The translations under genes were made by a program, and so were the position numbers. The notes under the pieces were generated by a model that saw only the letters and a list, made by a program, of their open reading frames with translations, was not told where the DNA came from and did no database searches. From the NCBI GenBank assembly GCA_963730185.1, contig CAVSQW010000007.1, positions 608,001 to 672,000 of the forward strand: a stretch of 64,000 nt of DNA. Reading direction: 5' to 3'. Source of the DNA: an uncultured Gemmatimonadales bacterium (lineage in GTDB: Bacteria; Gemmatimonadota; Gemmatimonadetes; Gemmatimonadales; GWC2-71-9). Positions 22,607-35,721 of this stretch are shown here, one piece after another (position 1 is the stretch's first letter; every line of letters begins with the position of its first letter).

Positions 22607-22922
22607 GTGACGGGCAGCCCGACTCACGTCCGCCCTCGCCGATCGCTATCGGATCGAGCGCGAGCTGGGCGCGGGCGGGGTGGCCACCGTCTCCCTGGCC
22701 GAGGACCTGAAGCACGACCGCAAGGTCGCCATCAAAGTCCTCAAGCCGGAGCTCGCCGCCGTGCTGGGTGCCGAGCGGTTCGTGCAGGAGATCAAGACCA
22801 CCGCCGCGCTGAGTCACCCGCACATTCTGCCCCTCTTCGGACTCGGGGGAGGCCGCCGGGTTCCTTACTACGACGGGCGGGCGATGGTGATGGACTTCGG
22901 GATCGCGCTGGCGAGGTCGTAG
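22607..22922 (+). pseudogene. Decayed K5-like kinase remnant with an internal deletion
   Basis: Frameshifted start, then LAEDLKHDRKVAIKVLKPEL...HPHILPLF. It jumps from YY to DGRAMVMDFGIALA (HRD loop deleted) and stops. Confidence 0.85.
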
Positions 22923-23135
22923 GATCCCGCGCCGGTATAGAACGGGGCGCGCCGGCTCAGCGCCAGGTGCACTGAGGGCAAAGATTACTTTTGATGCCGG
23001 CTCAACCAAGGAGCACGCCCTTGGCTGCTGATCCGGCCATCCGCCTCCGATAGGCATTGGACGCCGCCGGACACCGGCCTCGGGTGCATATTAGGCACAC
23101 CGACCCTCTTCGACTCCGGACCCGAGGATCACGCC

Positions 23136-23942
23136 ATGTCCGCATCCCCGGCGGTTCTTTCCGAGCAGCCCCTGGTGCGTTCCGCCCGCGAGGGCGGCGT
23201 CGTCACCCTTACCCTGAACCGAGGTAACCGGTTCAATCCGCTCTCGGCGGCCATGATCGCCGCGCTGCAGGCCGAGCTCGACCGGGTGGCGGCCGACGAA
23301 GCCACGAGGGTGGTCATCCTGGCCGCGGAGGGCAGGGGATTCTCCGCGGGGCACGACCTCAAGGAGATGCTGGCCCACACCGACGACGAGGGCTGGCAGC
23401 GGGCGCTGTTCGACGAATGCAACCGAATGATGCTCACGCTCACCCGGATGCCGCAGCCGGTGATCGCGCGGGTGCACGGCATCGCCACGGCGGCCGGCTG
23501 CCAGCTGGTGTCGATGTGCGACCTGGCCGTCGCCGCCGACACCGCCAAGTTCGCCCTGCCGGGCGTGAACATCGGCGTCTTCTGCTCCACCCCGGCGGTC
23601 GGGGTGGCGCGCAACGTGGGACGGAAGCGGGCCATGGAGATGCTGCTCACCGGCCAGCTGTTCGACGCCGCCACCGCCCTGGCCTGGGGGCTGGTGAATC
23701 GGGTCGTGCCTTCGGACCAGCTCGACCAGGCGATTCGCCACTACACCGACATCGTCACGGCCCGGAGCCCGCTCGCGATCCGGATGGGGAAGCAAACGTT
23801 CTACCGGCAGATCGACCGCCCCCTCGCCGACGCCTACGACGAGGCGGGCGAGACCATGGCGTGCAACCTCGTGGCGGAGGACGCCGCCGAGGGGATGAGC
23901 GCCTTCCTGAACAAGCGGGCAGCGGTCTGGCGTGGCAGGTAG
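23136..23942 (+). CDS. Enoyl-CoA hydratase/isomerase family protein
   Basis: VVTLTLNR, FSAGHDLKE, PQPVIARVHGIATAAGCQLV, AMEMLLTG, DAAEGMSAFLNKR. Confidence 0.93.
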   Translation: MSASPAVLSEQPLVRSAREGGVVTLTLNRGNRFNPLSAAMIAALQAELDRVAADEATRVVILAAEGRGFSAGHDLKEMLAHTDDEGWQRALFDECNRMMLTLTRMPQPVIARVHGIATAAGCQLVSMCDLAVAADTAKFALPGVNIGVFCSTPAVGVARNVGRKRAMEMLLTGQLFDAATALAWGLVNRVVPSDQLDQAIRHYTDIVTARSPLAIRMGKQTFYRQIDRPLADAYDEAGETMACNLVAEDAAEGMSAFLNKRAAVWRGR

Positions 23943-23973
23943 CCTGCTTCCGCCTCGAAGCTCCGCTGGCGCG

Positions 23974-26900
23974 ATGCCGCGACAGGCGCCCGGCGGACGC
24001 ACTGTTCCGGTCGGCCCGCCGTCCGAGCGGCCGGCCGGCCTCGACGACCGCTACGTCCGCGAGGAAGGGCCCGTCTACCTGAGCGGGATGCAGGCCCTGG
24101 TGCGGCTCCCGCTGGATCAGGCCCGTCGCGACCGGCGTGCCGGGTTCCGGATCGGCACCTTCATCAGCGGCTACCCCGGATCCCCGCTCGGCGGGTACGA
24201 CCTGGCGCTGGGTCAGGCGCGCGCGCTGCTCGAGTCCCATGACATTCTGCACGTGCCGGCCGCCAACGAGGAGCTCGCGGCGACGGCGATCAGCGGGACC
24301 CAGATGCTCGACCGCTACCCCCACTCGCGGGTGGACGGAGTGGTGGCGCTTTGGTATGGGAAGGGCCCCGGCGTGGACCGGAGCGGCGACGCGCTGAAGC
24401 ACGGGAACTTCGCGGGCACCAGCCGCCACGGCGCGGTCGTGGTCCTCTCCGGCGAGGACCACGAGGCCAAGAGCTCGACCATGCCGTACCAGGACGACTA
24501 CGCCTTCGTCGGGCACGGGATGCCGATCCTCTACCCCGCGAGCACGGCCGAGTTCCTGACGCTGGGCCTGCACGCGATCGCGCTCTCCCGGTACTCGGGC
24601 TGCTGGGTCGCGCTCAAGCTGGTGAGCCAGCTCGCCGACGGCGGCGCCACGCTCGCGCTCGACCCGGGGCGGCCCGCAATCGTGCTCCCCGACCTCCAGA
24701 TCGACGGCCGCCCGTTCCAGAAGAGCACCGACTTCACCTTCTTCCCGGGCCTCAACCTGGAGACCGAGCGCCGGCTCTTCTACGAGCGGCATCGCGCGGT
24801 CGTAGCCTACGCCCGGGCCAACCGCCTGGACCGGGTGGAAGCTCGGGGCCCCCGCGACCGGATCGGGCTGGTGACGGCCGGGAAGAGCCACGCCGACCTG
24901 ATCCAGGCGCTCCGTGACCTCGGGCTCGACGCCCCGGCCCTCGCCGAGCTCGGCGTTCGGGTGCTGAGGATCGGGCTCACGTATCCCGTGGATCCTGGCG
25001 TGATTCGGGAGTTCGCCGGCGGACTGGAAGAGATCGTCGTGGTCGAGGAGAAGCGGGGATTTCTCGAGGGTCAGGTCAAGGAGGCGCTCGCCGGTCATGC
25101 GGCCGGGATCCGGGTGTTCGGCAAGGCCGACGAGCACGAGCGCCCGCTCTTCCCGATCCAGGGCGGCCTGGATGCGGACCTGGTGGCCGAGCGGTTGGGG
25201 CCGCGGCTCCTGGCGCTGGTGGCAGGCCAGCCGGCGCTCCGGGGCGGCATCGAACGTCGCCTGGCCGAGATTGCGGCCATCCGCGCCCGGAGCAGCGAGC
25301 CGCTGCCCGGTCGCACCCCCAACTACTGCTCGGGCTGCCCGCACAACGTCTCGACCCGGCTCCTCCCGGGCGAGGTCGCCTGGGGAAGCCCGGGCTGCCA
25401 CTCCTTCGCCTCGATCATCGAGCAGCCCGAGCGGCACATCGTCTCGATGACCCAGCTCGGCGGCGAGGGGGCTCCCTGGATCGGGCTGGCACCCTACACC
25501 GACCAGCCGCACCTGGTGCAGAACGTGGGCGACGGCTCGCTCTTTCACTCGAGCTACCTCAACATCCGCTTCGCGGTCGCCGCGGGGGCGAGCCTCACCT
25601 TCAAGATCCTCTACAACGGCGCGGTGGCGAACACGGGAGCCCAGTCGCCGGTCGGCGGCAAGACGGTGCCGGAGCTCACCCGGCTGCTCGAGATCGAAGG
25701 CGTGACCCGCACCGCCGTGCTGGCGACCGACCCGGCGGATTATGAAAGCGCGAACCTGGCCGGGAACGCCCGGGTGTATCCGGTGGATCGCCAGGAGGCC
25801 GTGCTCGAGGAGCTCCGACGGACGCCCGGGGTCACCGTCTTCATCTACGACGGCTTCTGCGCCAACGAGCGGCGGCGGCTCCAGAAGCGGGGCAAGGCGC
25901 CGGCGCCGAATCGGTTCGTGATCATCAACGAAGAGGTGTGCGAGGGGTGCGGCCACTGCGGCGAGCTCACCAATTGCATGTCGCTCCACCCGGTGGCCAC
26001 CGAATTCGGCCGGAAGACCCGGATCCATGCTTCTTCGTGCAATCAGGACTATTCGTGCTTGGGCGGCGACTGTCCCTCGTTCGTCACGGTGGAGACCCGG
26101 CCGGGCACCGGCTACCGGAAGCCGACCCCGCCGCCGGTCGGACCCGACCGTGTCCCCGAGCCGGCGCACCGGGTGGAGCTCGAGCGCCCCTACCACGTCT
26201 ACCTGCCGGGCGTGGGGGGCACCGGGGTCATCACGCTCAACGCGGTGCTGGCGTGGGCGGCGCTGCTCGACGGTAAGTCGGTCCTCTCCTACGATCAGCT
26301 GGGCGCCGCTCAGAAGTGGGGCCCGGTGGTCTCCAGCCTGGTGATCGCGAGGGGCGAAGCGGAGCTGGCGGCGAACCGGGTGGGACTGGGGCGGGCCGAT
26401 CTCTACCTCGGCCTCGATCTGCTGGCGGCGACGACCCAGGCCAACCTCGACCGCTGCGACCCGGACCGGACCACCGCGGTGGTCAACGCCAGCCTGCTGC
26501 CGAGCGGCGAGATGGTGCGGGAGGTCGGCTTCGAGCCGCCCCTGGAGAGGATGCGCGCGGCGATCGCCGAGGTCACCCGACGCGAAGGAAGCGTGGCGGT
26601 GGAGGCGCGGCGGTTGGCGGAGGGGCTCTTCGGCGACTACCTGGCGACCAACATGCTGGCGCTGGGGACGGCCTACCAGGCCGGTCTCCTGCCGATCGGA
26701 GCGGATGCCATCGAGCGGGCGATCCGGCTGAACGGCGTCAAGATCGAGCAGAACCTGCAGGCATTTCGGTACGGGCGTCTCTGGCTCGCCGAGCCCGACC
26801 GGGTCGAGGGGTTGGTCACGCCTCGGACCAGGGGCGCGGACGAGGTGGCCGGGGAGGCCCTGGCCCGGCTCCCAGGCCGCGACCGGGCGGCGTACGACGG

Positions 26901-27554
26901 GTTGCTGGAGCGGTGCCGCGAGCTGGATGCCGAGTCGCGCCGGCTGCTGGCGATCCGGGCGGGTGAGCTGATCGAGTATCAGAGCGCGAGCTACGCCGAA
27001 CGGTACGTCGACTTCGTGCTCGGGACGGCGGCGAGTGAGCAGGCGGCCACGCCGGGCCGCCGCGAGGTCACCGACGCGGTGATCCGCTCGCTTTACAAGC
27101 TGATGGCCTACAAGGACGAGTACGAGGTGGCGCGGCTCCAGACCAAGGCGACCTTCAGGGCCTCGGTCCGGGAGACGTTCGCGGCGCCGGAGCGGGTCGC
27201 CTATCACTTCCATCCGCCGGCCCTCCGGGCCCTCGGGCTCCGCCGGAAGCTCGAGCTGGGCCCGTGGTTCAGGCCGGTGCTGGCGGGGCTCCGGGGCCTC
27301 CGCCGGCTTCGGGGAACCTGGCTCGATCCCTTTGGCCGGGCGGTCGTTCGGAAGGAGGAGCGGGCGCTCGTTCTCTGGTACCGGGACTGGTGACGACCGC
27401 GCTCGGGCGGCTTACGCCGGCGACGGCCGGCACGGTGGTGGAGCTCGCGAGCCTGCCGGACGCGATCCGCGGGTACGAGGAGATCAAGCTCGCGAGCATC
27501 GGGCGAGCTCGGGAGCGGGCGTCGGAGCTGCTCGAGGCGTTGACGGAGCGCTGA
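23974..27554 (+). CDS. Fused indolepyruvate:ferredoxin oxidoreductase family protein (frameshift ~27390)
   Basis: FISGYPGSPLGG, WYGKGPGVDRSGDA, RTPNYCSGCPHN, GDGSLFHS, CEGCGHC, GVGGTGV, LMAYKDEYEVARL; C-terminal LPDAIRGYEEIK in another frame. Confidence 0.9.
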
Positions 27555-27616
27555 CCGACCGTTTTCCGGCGGCTGACGGGGAGCTCGCGAAGCCGGTCAC
27601 CCCCCTCGCGTAACGC

Positions 27617-27750
27617 GCTTGGCGCCGAGCGGTTCGTGCAGGAGATCAAGACCACCGCTGCGCTGAGTCACCCGCACATCCTGCCGCTCTTCGATTCCGG
27701 CGAGTCCGGATCAGCGTCGAAGTGGCCGACGCGCTGGACTACGCTCAGCG
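27617..27750 (+). pseudogene. Short kinase remnant with an internal deletion
   Basis: LGAERFVQEIKTTAALSHPHILPLFDSGE joined directly to RISVEVADALDYAQR. Confidence 0.85.
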
Positions 27751-27752
27751 GT

Positions 27753-27779
27753 TGTCGATTTTGCGGACCTTGCTTCGTC
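27753..27779 (+). promoter_or_regulatory. ECF42-type promoter TGTCGA-N17-CGTC
   Basis: Matches the known ECF42 -35/-10 consensus directly upstream of the DoxX-DGPF-DGPF-ECF42 operon. Confidence 0.75.
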
Positions 27780-27825
27780 GGGGTGATGAAAGCAGCCAAT
27801 CACCACCCTGTCACGGAGCGCGGAA

Positions 27826-28252
27826 ATGCCGGCTAACTCCAAGAAGATCAATCTGTTGCTCTGGACCGTCCAGGTCCTCCTCGCGGCCCTGTTCCTGTTC
27901 GCAGGTGGCTACAAGCTCCTGGCCCCGTTGAGTGCGCTGGCCGGGCCGATACCGCTGCCGGGAACGTTCCTCCGCTTCATTGGCGCGGCCGAGCTGCTGG
28001 GCGGGCTGGGCCTGGTCCTTCCGGGACTCTTCCGGATCCACGGTTGGCTCACCCCGCTCGCCGCCCTGGGTCTGCTGGCGATCATGATCGGGGCGACCGC
28101 GCTCACGGCTTTGGGCATCGGCGTCGCCGCCGCCGGCTTCCCGGGCCTGGTCGGCGTCCTCGCCCTCGCCGTCTTCCGCGGGCGGGGCGGCCTTCGCGCC
28201 CTCCCGGCGCCCGGGCCTCGGCGCCGCGGTCGCCGCGGCACCCGGCGCCTGA
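27826..28252 (+). CDS. DoxX family membrane protein (3' end uncertain, probable frameshift)
   Basis: LLWTVQVLLAALFLFAGGYKL, FIGAAELLGGLGLVLP, LTPLAALGL. The ORF reads through into the next gene; a TGA at 28250 is one base out of frame. Confidence 0.8.
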
Positions 28253-28297
28253 GCCCGACGACTATTCTTTACCTTTGCATTCAAGGAGAACGCAACC

Positions 28298-28657
28298 ATG
28301 AAATTCCTGATGTTGATCAAGCACGCCGAGAGCTATCGCAACCAGGAGATTCCTCAGGGCCTGATGGAGGCGATGGGCGTCTTCGTCGAGCGGTCCTTCA
28401 AGAGCGGCGTCCTCAAGGACACCGCCGGCCTCAAGCCGAGCAGGGACGGCTTCCAAGTCCGCTCCTCGGGTGGCAAGCTCCACGTCACCGACGGCCCCTT
28501 CAGCGAGTCGAAGGAGATCGTGGGCGGCTACGCGTTGGTCGAGGTGGCGAGTCGGGAAGCCGCCCTCCAGGTCGCCAACGACTTCATGGATCTCCACCGG
28601 ATCCACTGGCCGGCCTTCGACGGGACCTGCGAAGTCCGCCCCGTCGAGGACATGTGA
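28298..28657 (+). CDS. YciI/DGPF-domain protein
   Basis: MKFLMLIK, VTDGPFSESKEIVGGY, CEVRP; AAGGAG RBS. Confidence 0.92.
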   Translation: MKFLMLIKHAESYRNQEIPQGLMEAMGVFVERSFKSGVLKDTAGLKPSRDGFQVRSSGGKLHVTDGPFSESKEIVGGYALVEVASREAALQVANDFMDLHRIHWPAFDGTCEVRPVEDM

Positions 28658-28667
28658 GGAGCCGACC

Positions 28668-29057
28668 ATGCGATTCATGATGCTGATGATTCCGAGGGTC
28701 TACCAGGACGCGGCGCCCGAGCTCCGTCCGACGGCCGAGGCGGTCGCCGCGATGACCCGCTTCAACGCCGAGATGCGGAAGGCCGGCGTGATGCTCACCG
28801 GCGAAGGGCTCCACCCACCGGTTTCGGGCGCCCGGGTCGCGTTCGGCGGCGGGAAGCCGCGAGTGATCGACGGGCCCTTCATCGAAGCCAAGGAGCTCGT
28901 CGGCGGGTTCTGGATGATCGAAGCCCGATCCCAAGACGAAGCGGTTGAGTGGGCTCGTCGCTGTCCGGCCGCGGACGGCGATGTGATCGAGATCCGCCAG
29001 GTGTTCGAGATGGGCGACTTCCCGCCCGAAGTCCAGGCCGCGGTGCACCAGAACTGA
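28668..29057 (+). CDS. YciI/DGPF-domain protein
   Basis: MRFMMLM, VIDGPFIEAKELVGGFW, IEIRQVFE; GAGGAG RBS. Confidence 0.92.
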   Translation: MRFMMLMIPRVYQDAAPELRPTAEAVAAMTRFNAEMRKAGVMLTGEGLHPPVSGARVAFGGGKPRVIDGPFIEAKELVGGFWMIEARSQDEAVEWARRCPAADGDVIEIRQVFEMGDFPPEVQAAVHQN

Positions 29058-29061
29058 CCTC

Positions 29062-30345
29062 ATGGCGACGGACGACGTCAACCGGACTATCGACGCCATC
29101 TGGCGGATCGAGCAAGCGGCGGTGATCGCCAGCCTCGCCCGGATGGTCCGGGACGTCGATCTCGCGGAAGACCTCGCGCAGGATGCCCTGGTGGCCGCGC
29201 TCGAGAGCTGGCCGCGCGCCGGGATCCCCGACAAACCCGGCGCCTGGCTCCTGGCCACGGCACGGCGGCGGGGTATCGATCGGCTGCGCCACCACACGAT
29301 GTCGGCGCGCCGCCTGGTGGAGCTCGGCCTGGAGACCGACGATCGCCGGGAGCGGGTGGCCCAGGCGATCGAGCGCGCCCTCGACGACCCGATCGGCGAC
29401 GAGCTGCTCGGCCTGATCTTCGCCGCCTGCCATCCGATCCTGCCAGTCGAGGCCCGTTGCGCCCTGACCCTTCGCCTCCTGGGCGGGCTCACCACGCCGG
29501 AGATCGCCCGGGCCTACCTCACGCCCGAGCCCACCATCGCCCAGCGGATCGTCCGGGCCAAGCGGACCCTCCGCGAGGCACGGGTGCCGCTCGAGGTGCC
29601 GGCGGGGGCATCGCTTTCCGAGCGGATCGGCGCGGTGCTCGAAGTACTCTATCTGATCTTCAATGAAGGCTACTCGGCCACCAGCGGCCAGGACTGGCTC
29701 CGCCCCGACCTCTGTCAGGAGGCACTCCGACTCGGCCGGGTGCTGGCGGAACTGGCGCCGGGGGAGCCGGAGGTCCACGGGCTGGTGGCGCTGATGGAGA
29801 TCCAGGCCTCGCGCGCCCGGGCGAGGCTCGACCCCGAGGGTCGGCCCGTGCTACTCGCCGATCAGGACCGGGCCCGATGGGATCGGCTGTTGATCAGCCG
29901 GGGCCTCGCGGCGCTCGAGCGCGCCGCGGCGTTGGGCGCGCCCTTCGGGCCATACGCGCTTCAGGCGGCGATCGCGGCCTGTCACGCCCGGGCGCCCTCG
30001 ATGGAGTCGACCGACTGGACCCGGATCGTGGCGCTCTACGACGCGCTGGCGATGGTCTGGCCTTCGCCGGTGGTGGCGCTCAATCGCGCGGTGGCGCTCG
30101 GGATGATGCACGGCCCGGCCGCCGGCCTCGAGGCGCTGGAGGAGCTCGACCGGGCCCCGGGCATGAGCGGCTATCACCTGCTTGCCGCCGTCCGCGGCGA
30201 CTTCCTTTTCAAGCTGGGGAGCTTCGCGGCGGCGGCGAGCGAGTTCGCGAGCGCGGCGGAGCGGACCGAGAACGAGGCCGAGCGTGGCCTGCTCCGCGGC
30301 CGGGCCGAGGCCTGCCGCGTCGCGGCCCGCGAGGGCGGCGAGTGA
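29062..30345 (+). CDS. ECF42-type RNA polymerase sigma factor with C-terminal TPR extension
   Basis: LAEDLAQDAL, LIFAACHPIL, LYLIFNEGYSA, LLADQDRARWD, GPYALQAAIAACH; adjacent DGPF genes. Confidence 0.92.
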   Translation: MATDDVNRTIDAIWRIEQAAVIASLARMVRDVDLAEDLAQDALVAALESWPRAGIPDKPGAWLLATARRRGIDRLRHHTMSARRLVELGLETDDRRERVAQAIERALDDPIGDELLGLIFAACHPILPVEARCALTLRLLGGLTTPEIARAYLTPEPTIAQRIVRAKRTLREARVPLEVPAGASLSERIGAVLEVLYLIFNEGYSATSGQDWLRPDLCQEALRLGRVLAELAPGEPEVHGLVALMEIQASRARARLDPEGRPVLLADQDRARWDRLLISRGLAALERAAALGAPFGPYALQAAIAACHARAPSMESTDWTRIVALYDALAMVWPSPVVALNRAVALGMMHGPAAGLEALEELDRAPGMSGYHLLAAVRGDFLFKLGSFAAAASEFASAAERTENEAERGLLRGRAEACRVAAREGGE

Positions 30346-30593
30346 GCCTGCTTGGCGTGGACTCTGGCCATTCTCCTGCCCCGCCTGCGGTAATCATTCG
30401 CTGAGCGCCTACAAGGCTATACAGCAATGAGTTACGTGACGTCACCGGGACCGGGGGGACCGATCCCGGCGTGTTGCGGCGGCCTTGCACCACGGGTAGC
30501 TTTTTGGTTCTCCAAGTATTTCCAAGGCCCGAGCGGAGCCTCCTGTCTGGGCGGCCCTCCTCGTCGCTCACCCGGGAACCAAAGGAACCCTTT

Positions 30594-33279
30594 CTGACCC
30601 GATCCCTCGCGGATCTCGCCGCCGCGCTCGCCGACCGTTACCGGATCGAGCGCGAGCTGGGCGCGGGCGGGATGGCCACCGTCTACCTGGCCGCGGATCT
30701 CAAGCACGACCGGAAGGTCGCCATCAAGGTTCTGAAGCCCGAACTGGCCGCGGTGCTGGGCGCGGAGCGGTTCGTCCAGGAGATCAAGACCACCGCGGCC
30801 TTGAGCCACCCGCACATCCTGCCGCTCTTCGACTCAGGGCAAGCGGCCGGGTTCCTCTACTACGTGATGCCCTACATCGAGGGCGAGACCATCCGCGACC
30901 GGCTCAACCGCGAGACCCAGCTCGGAGTCGAGGAGGCGGTCCGGATCACGGTCGAAGTAGCCGATGCCCTCGACTACGCCCACCGGCACGGGGTGATCCA
31001 CCGGGACATCAAGCCGGAGAACCTCCTGCTCCACGACGGCCGGCCGATGGTGATGGACTTCGGGATCGCGCTGGCGGTGAGCGCGGCGGCCGGCGGCCGG
31101 ATGACGGAGACCGGGCTCTCGTTAGGCACGCCCCACTACATGAGTCCGGAGCAGGCCACCGCCGACAAGGAGATCACCGCTCGGAGCGACGTCTACTCGC
31201 TGGCCAGCGTGCTCTTCGAGATGCTGGCCGGGGTGCCGCCGCACGAGGGCGGATCGGCCCAGCAGGTGATCATGCGGATCATCGCCGAGCCGGCCAAGCC
31301 GGTGACCGAGCTCCGGAAGTCGGTGCCGCCTAACGTCGCGGCCGCCCTCGCCCGGGCGCTCGAGAAGGTGCCGGCCGACCGGTTCGCGACGGCGAAGGCG
31401 TTCGCCGAGGCGCTCCAGAATCCGGCGTTCACGACCGCGGGCGTCGCGGCCGGCGGTCGGGCCGCGGCCCCGGCGTGGTATCGAAGCCCCCTGATCGTCG
31501 GCCTGGGGGTGGTGTCGATCGGACTGGCGGTAGCGCTGGCGGCGGTGCTGTGGCGGGCCCAGGACGCGCCAAGCCGCCTGGCGCCGGCGATCCAGTTCCC
31601 GCTCTCGGCCGATCCCGCGGTCCGGGTCGGGACGCGGTACACCCGCCCGTTCGCCGTGTCGCCCGATGGCCGAACGATCGTCTTCCGGGCCTCGACCGAC
31701 AGCACCGAGCCCCAACTCTGGGTGCGCCAGGTCGGCGATCCCGACGCCCACCCGCTCGCCGGGACGGACGGCGCCATGAACCCGGCCATCTCGCCCGACG
31801 GTGGGTGGGTGGCCTTCGTCGATGGCCGAGCGCTCCGGAAGGTCAGGCTCGCCGGGGGAGAAATCTCGACCCTCGCCACGATCGGCACCTACTCGGCCGC
31901 CCTCGCCTGGGTCTCGAACGACGAGATCCTGTTCGAGCAGCTCGGGGCGGGGACGCTGCCCATCGAGCGGGTCAGCGCCGCCGGCGGGCAACCCACGCCC
32001 GCGGTGTCCCCGGACTCGTCGGTGGGAGAGACGTGGCTCCGGCGGCCGTTCGTGGTGCCCGGGTCCGACGTCGTGGTGTACGCCAGCGCGGTCGAGCGGG
32101 CTCCGGAGGGCGGGCTCTCGGCCTACCGGCTCTCGGACGGGCGCCGGGCTCACCTTGGGATTCCCGGGATCGGCGCGTTGGGTTACCTGGACGGGCACCT
32201 GATCTATTCGCGAGTGGACGGCACCCTGATGGCCGTACCGTTCGAGGCCTCCGCCCTCCGAGCCGGCGCCCCGGTGGAGCTCTCCCCGCGGGTGTTCAGC
32301 AACGGCAGCATCGGGACCGCGGTCGGCCTCTCGAGCGGCGGCACGCTCGTCTATCAGGCGGCGGCGACGGCGGCTCGGGCCCGTCTCGAGCTCGTGGACA
32401 CGACGGGGAAGACGGTGCCGCTCCGGGGGCAGTTCTCGCTGTTCGACCAGCCGCCGCGGTTCTCGCCGAACGGCCGCCTGGTCGCGGTGGCCGACGGGCG
32501 ATCGGGGCAGGTGAGGCGGGGCCAGAACCCGTCAGGCGATCTCTGGGTCGTCGAGGTCGCGACGGGGGTCGCCACCCGCCTCACCACGGACGGCTCCGTC
32601 AGTGCGCACGCCTGGATGCCCGACGGTCGGCATCTGGTTTTCGTGTCGGCCGGAAGCCGGGGGAGACGCTCCGTTCGGTCGCCGTGGACGGCAGCGAGCC
32701 GCCGGTCCAACTGGCCGGCGCGCCTGGGGCGGAAGCCGTGGAGCCCCTCCCGGATGGGAAGTCGCTGATCGTCCTCGCCTACGACGTGTCGGGTATCGGC
32801 CTGCTCCGAACCTGGCTGGACGGGAGCCGGCCGGTGGACACGCTGCTGTTCACCGCCCGAAGCACGGGCCTGGGCGACGTCTGGAGTCCCCGGGTGTCCC
32901 CGGACGGCCGCTGGGTGGCCTTCGTCAACAGCTACACCGAGGACGTCTGGGTTCGCTCGCTGGAAGGCCGGACGCTGCTTCAGGTGTCGACCGAAGCCGT
33001 CCACGACGATCCCGTGGTCTGGGGTCCCGACAGCCGGCACCTCTATTACGCGGGGACCGCCGGACTGGTGAGCATCGAGCTTCGGACTACGCCAGCGTTG
33101 GCCGTGGTGGGGAGACGCACCCTGCCGAGGACGCTGGCCGGCGCGAGGCTCTACGACCTGGCGCCCGATGGGAAGACGTTCGTGGTCGCGCGGACGGAGT
33201 GGCGGCCGAACGATGTCGTGGTGGCGGTGAACTGGCTCGACGAGGCTCGGCGGGCCTGGCGGGCGGCGGCGGCGCGGTG

Positions 33280-33280
<1 letters not shown>
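30594..33280 (+). CDS. K8: Ser/Thr kinase - TM - beta-propeller (start uncertain; frameshift ~32660)
   Basis: Kinase motifs, TM PLIVGLGVVSIGLAVALAAVLW, SPDG blades; C-terminus VAVNWLDEARR in ORF 31475-33280. CTG start after AAGGAA is assumed. Confidence 0.88.
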
Positions 33281-35065
<1,785 letters not shown>

Positions 35066-35194
35066 GGCCGGCGCGAGCGCCACCCGGGCAACGTAGCCGC
35101 CTGCGAACGGTCTTCCCGGAGGGCCCCGGCCATTCGCTTGCGTTCTTCCCGCTTGCGGCGGAGATTCTCGATTCAAGCCTCCAGGCGGCCCGCG

Positions 35195-35721
35195 GTGCAA
35201 GGTCAGCCGGCAACCGAAGCCGTGGAACGGACGCTCGCCCAGAACTATTGGGAGCGGCTTCGGATATTCGGGATGCGGCGCCTGGGGGACCCCGCTCTCG
35301 CCGAGGACCTCGCTCAGGAAACCCTCCGGCGGGTCGGTGAGGCGCTTCGAGGCGGCCGGCTCGAGGATCTCGCCGCCCTGCCGGCCTTCGTCTTCCAAAC
35401 GGCCGCCAACCTCTGCCTCCATCACTACCGAAGCCGGGGTCGTGAGGAGCGGGCCCTGGCCCGGGTGGCCGGCATGGGCTCCGCGGTCTCGCCGAGGGGG
35501 CCGCTCGACGCCTGATCGGGGAGGAATCCCGAGCCGCGGTCCGGGCGGCCCTCGGCCGACTCGATCCCGGGGACCAGGACCTGCTCCGCCGCATCTACTT
35601 TGTCGAAGAACCGTCCGCCGACACGGCCCGTGCCCTGGGGGTGACTCCCGGGCACTCCGGGTCCGCAAGCATCGAGCCCTGGAGCGCCTGGCCGGCTTCC
35701 TCCGCGCATGGCGGGGTCTGA
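35195..35721 (+). CDS. ECF sigma factor (multiple frameshifts)
   Basis: Region 2 GDPALAEDLAQETL...FVFQTAANL; region 4 pieces LDPGDQDLLRRIYF, ARALGVT, LRVRKHRALERL in different frames. Confidence 0.78.

Noticed and set aside
23755..27213. Long antisense ORFs (also 5879-8017, 2897-4879, 20233-22236, 59371-61137)
   Set aside because: They are stop-poor antisense frames typical of high-GC genes, with no recognisable motifs.
5878..31334. Integron cassette array based on GTTRRRY sites
   Set aside because: No integrase is present, the sites lie mid-gene, and I saw no RYYYAAC...GTTRRRY attC hairpin of normal length. It is kept only as a motif observation.
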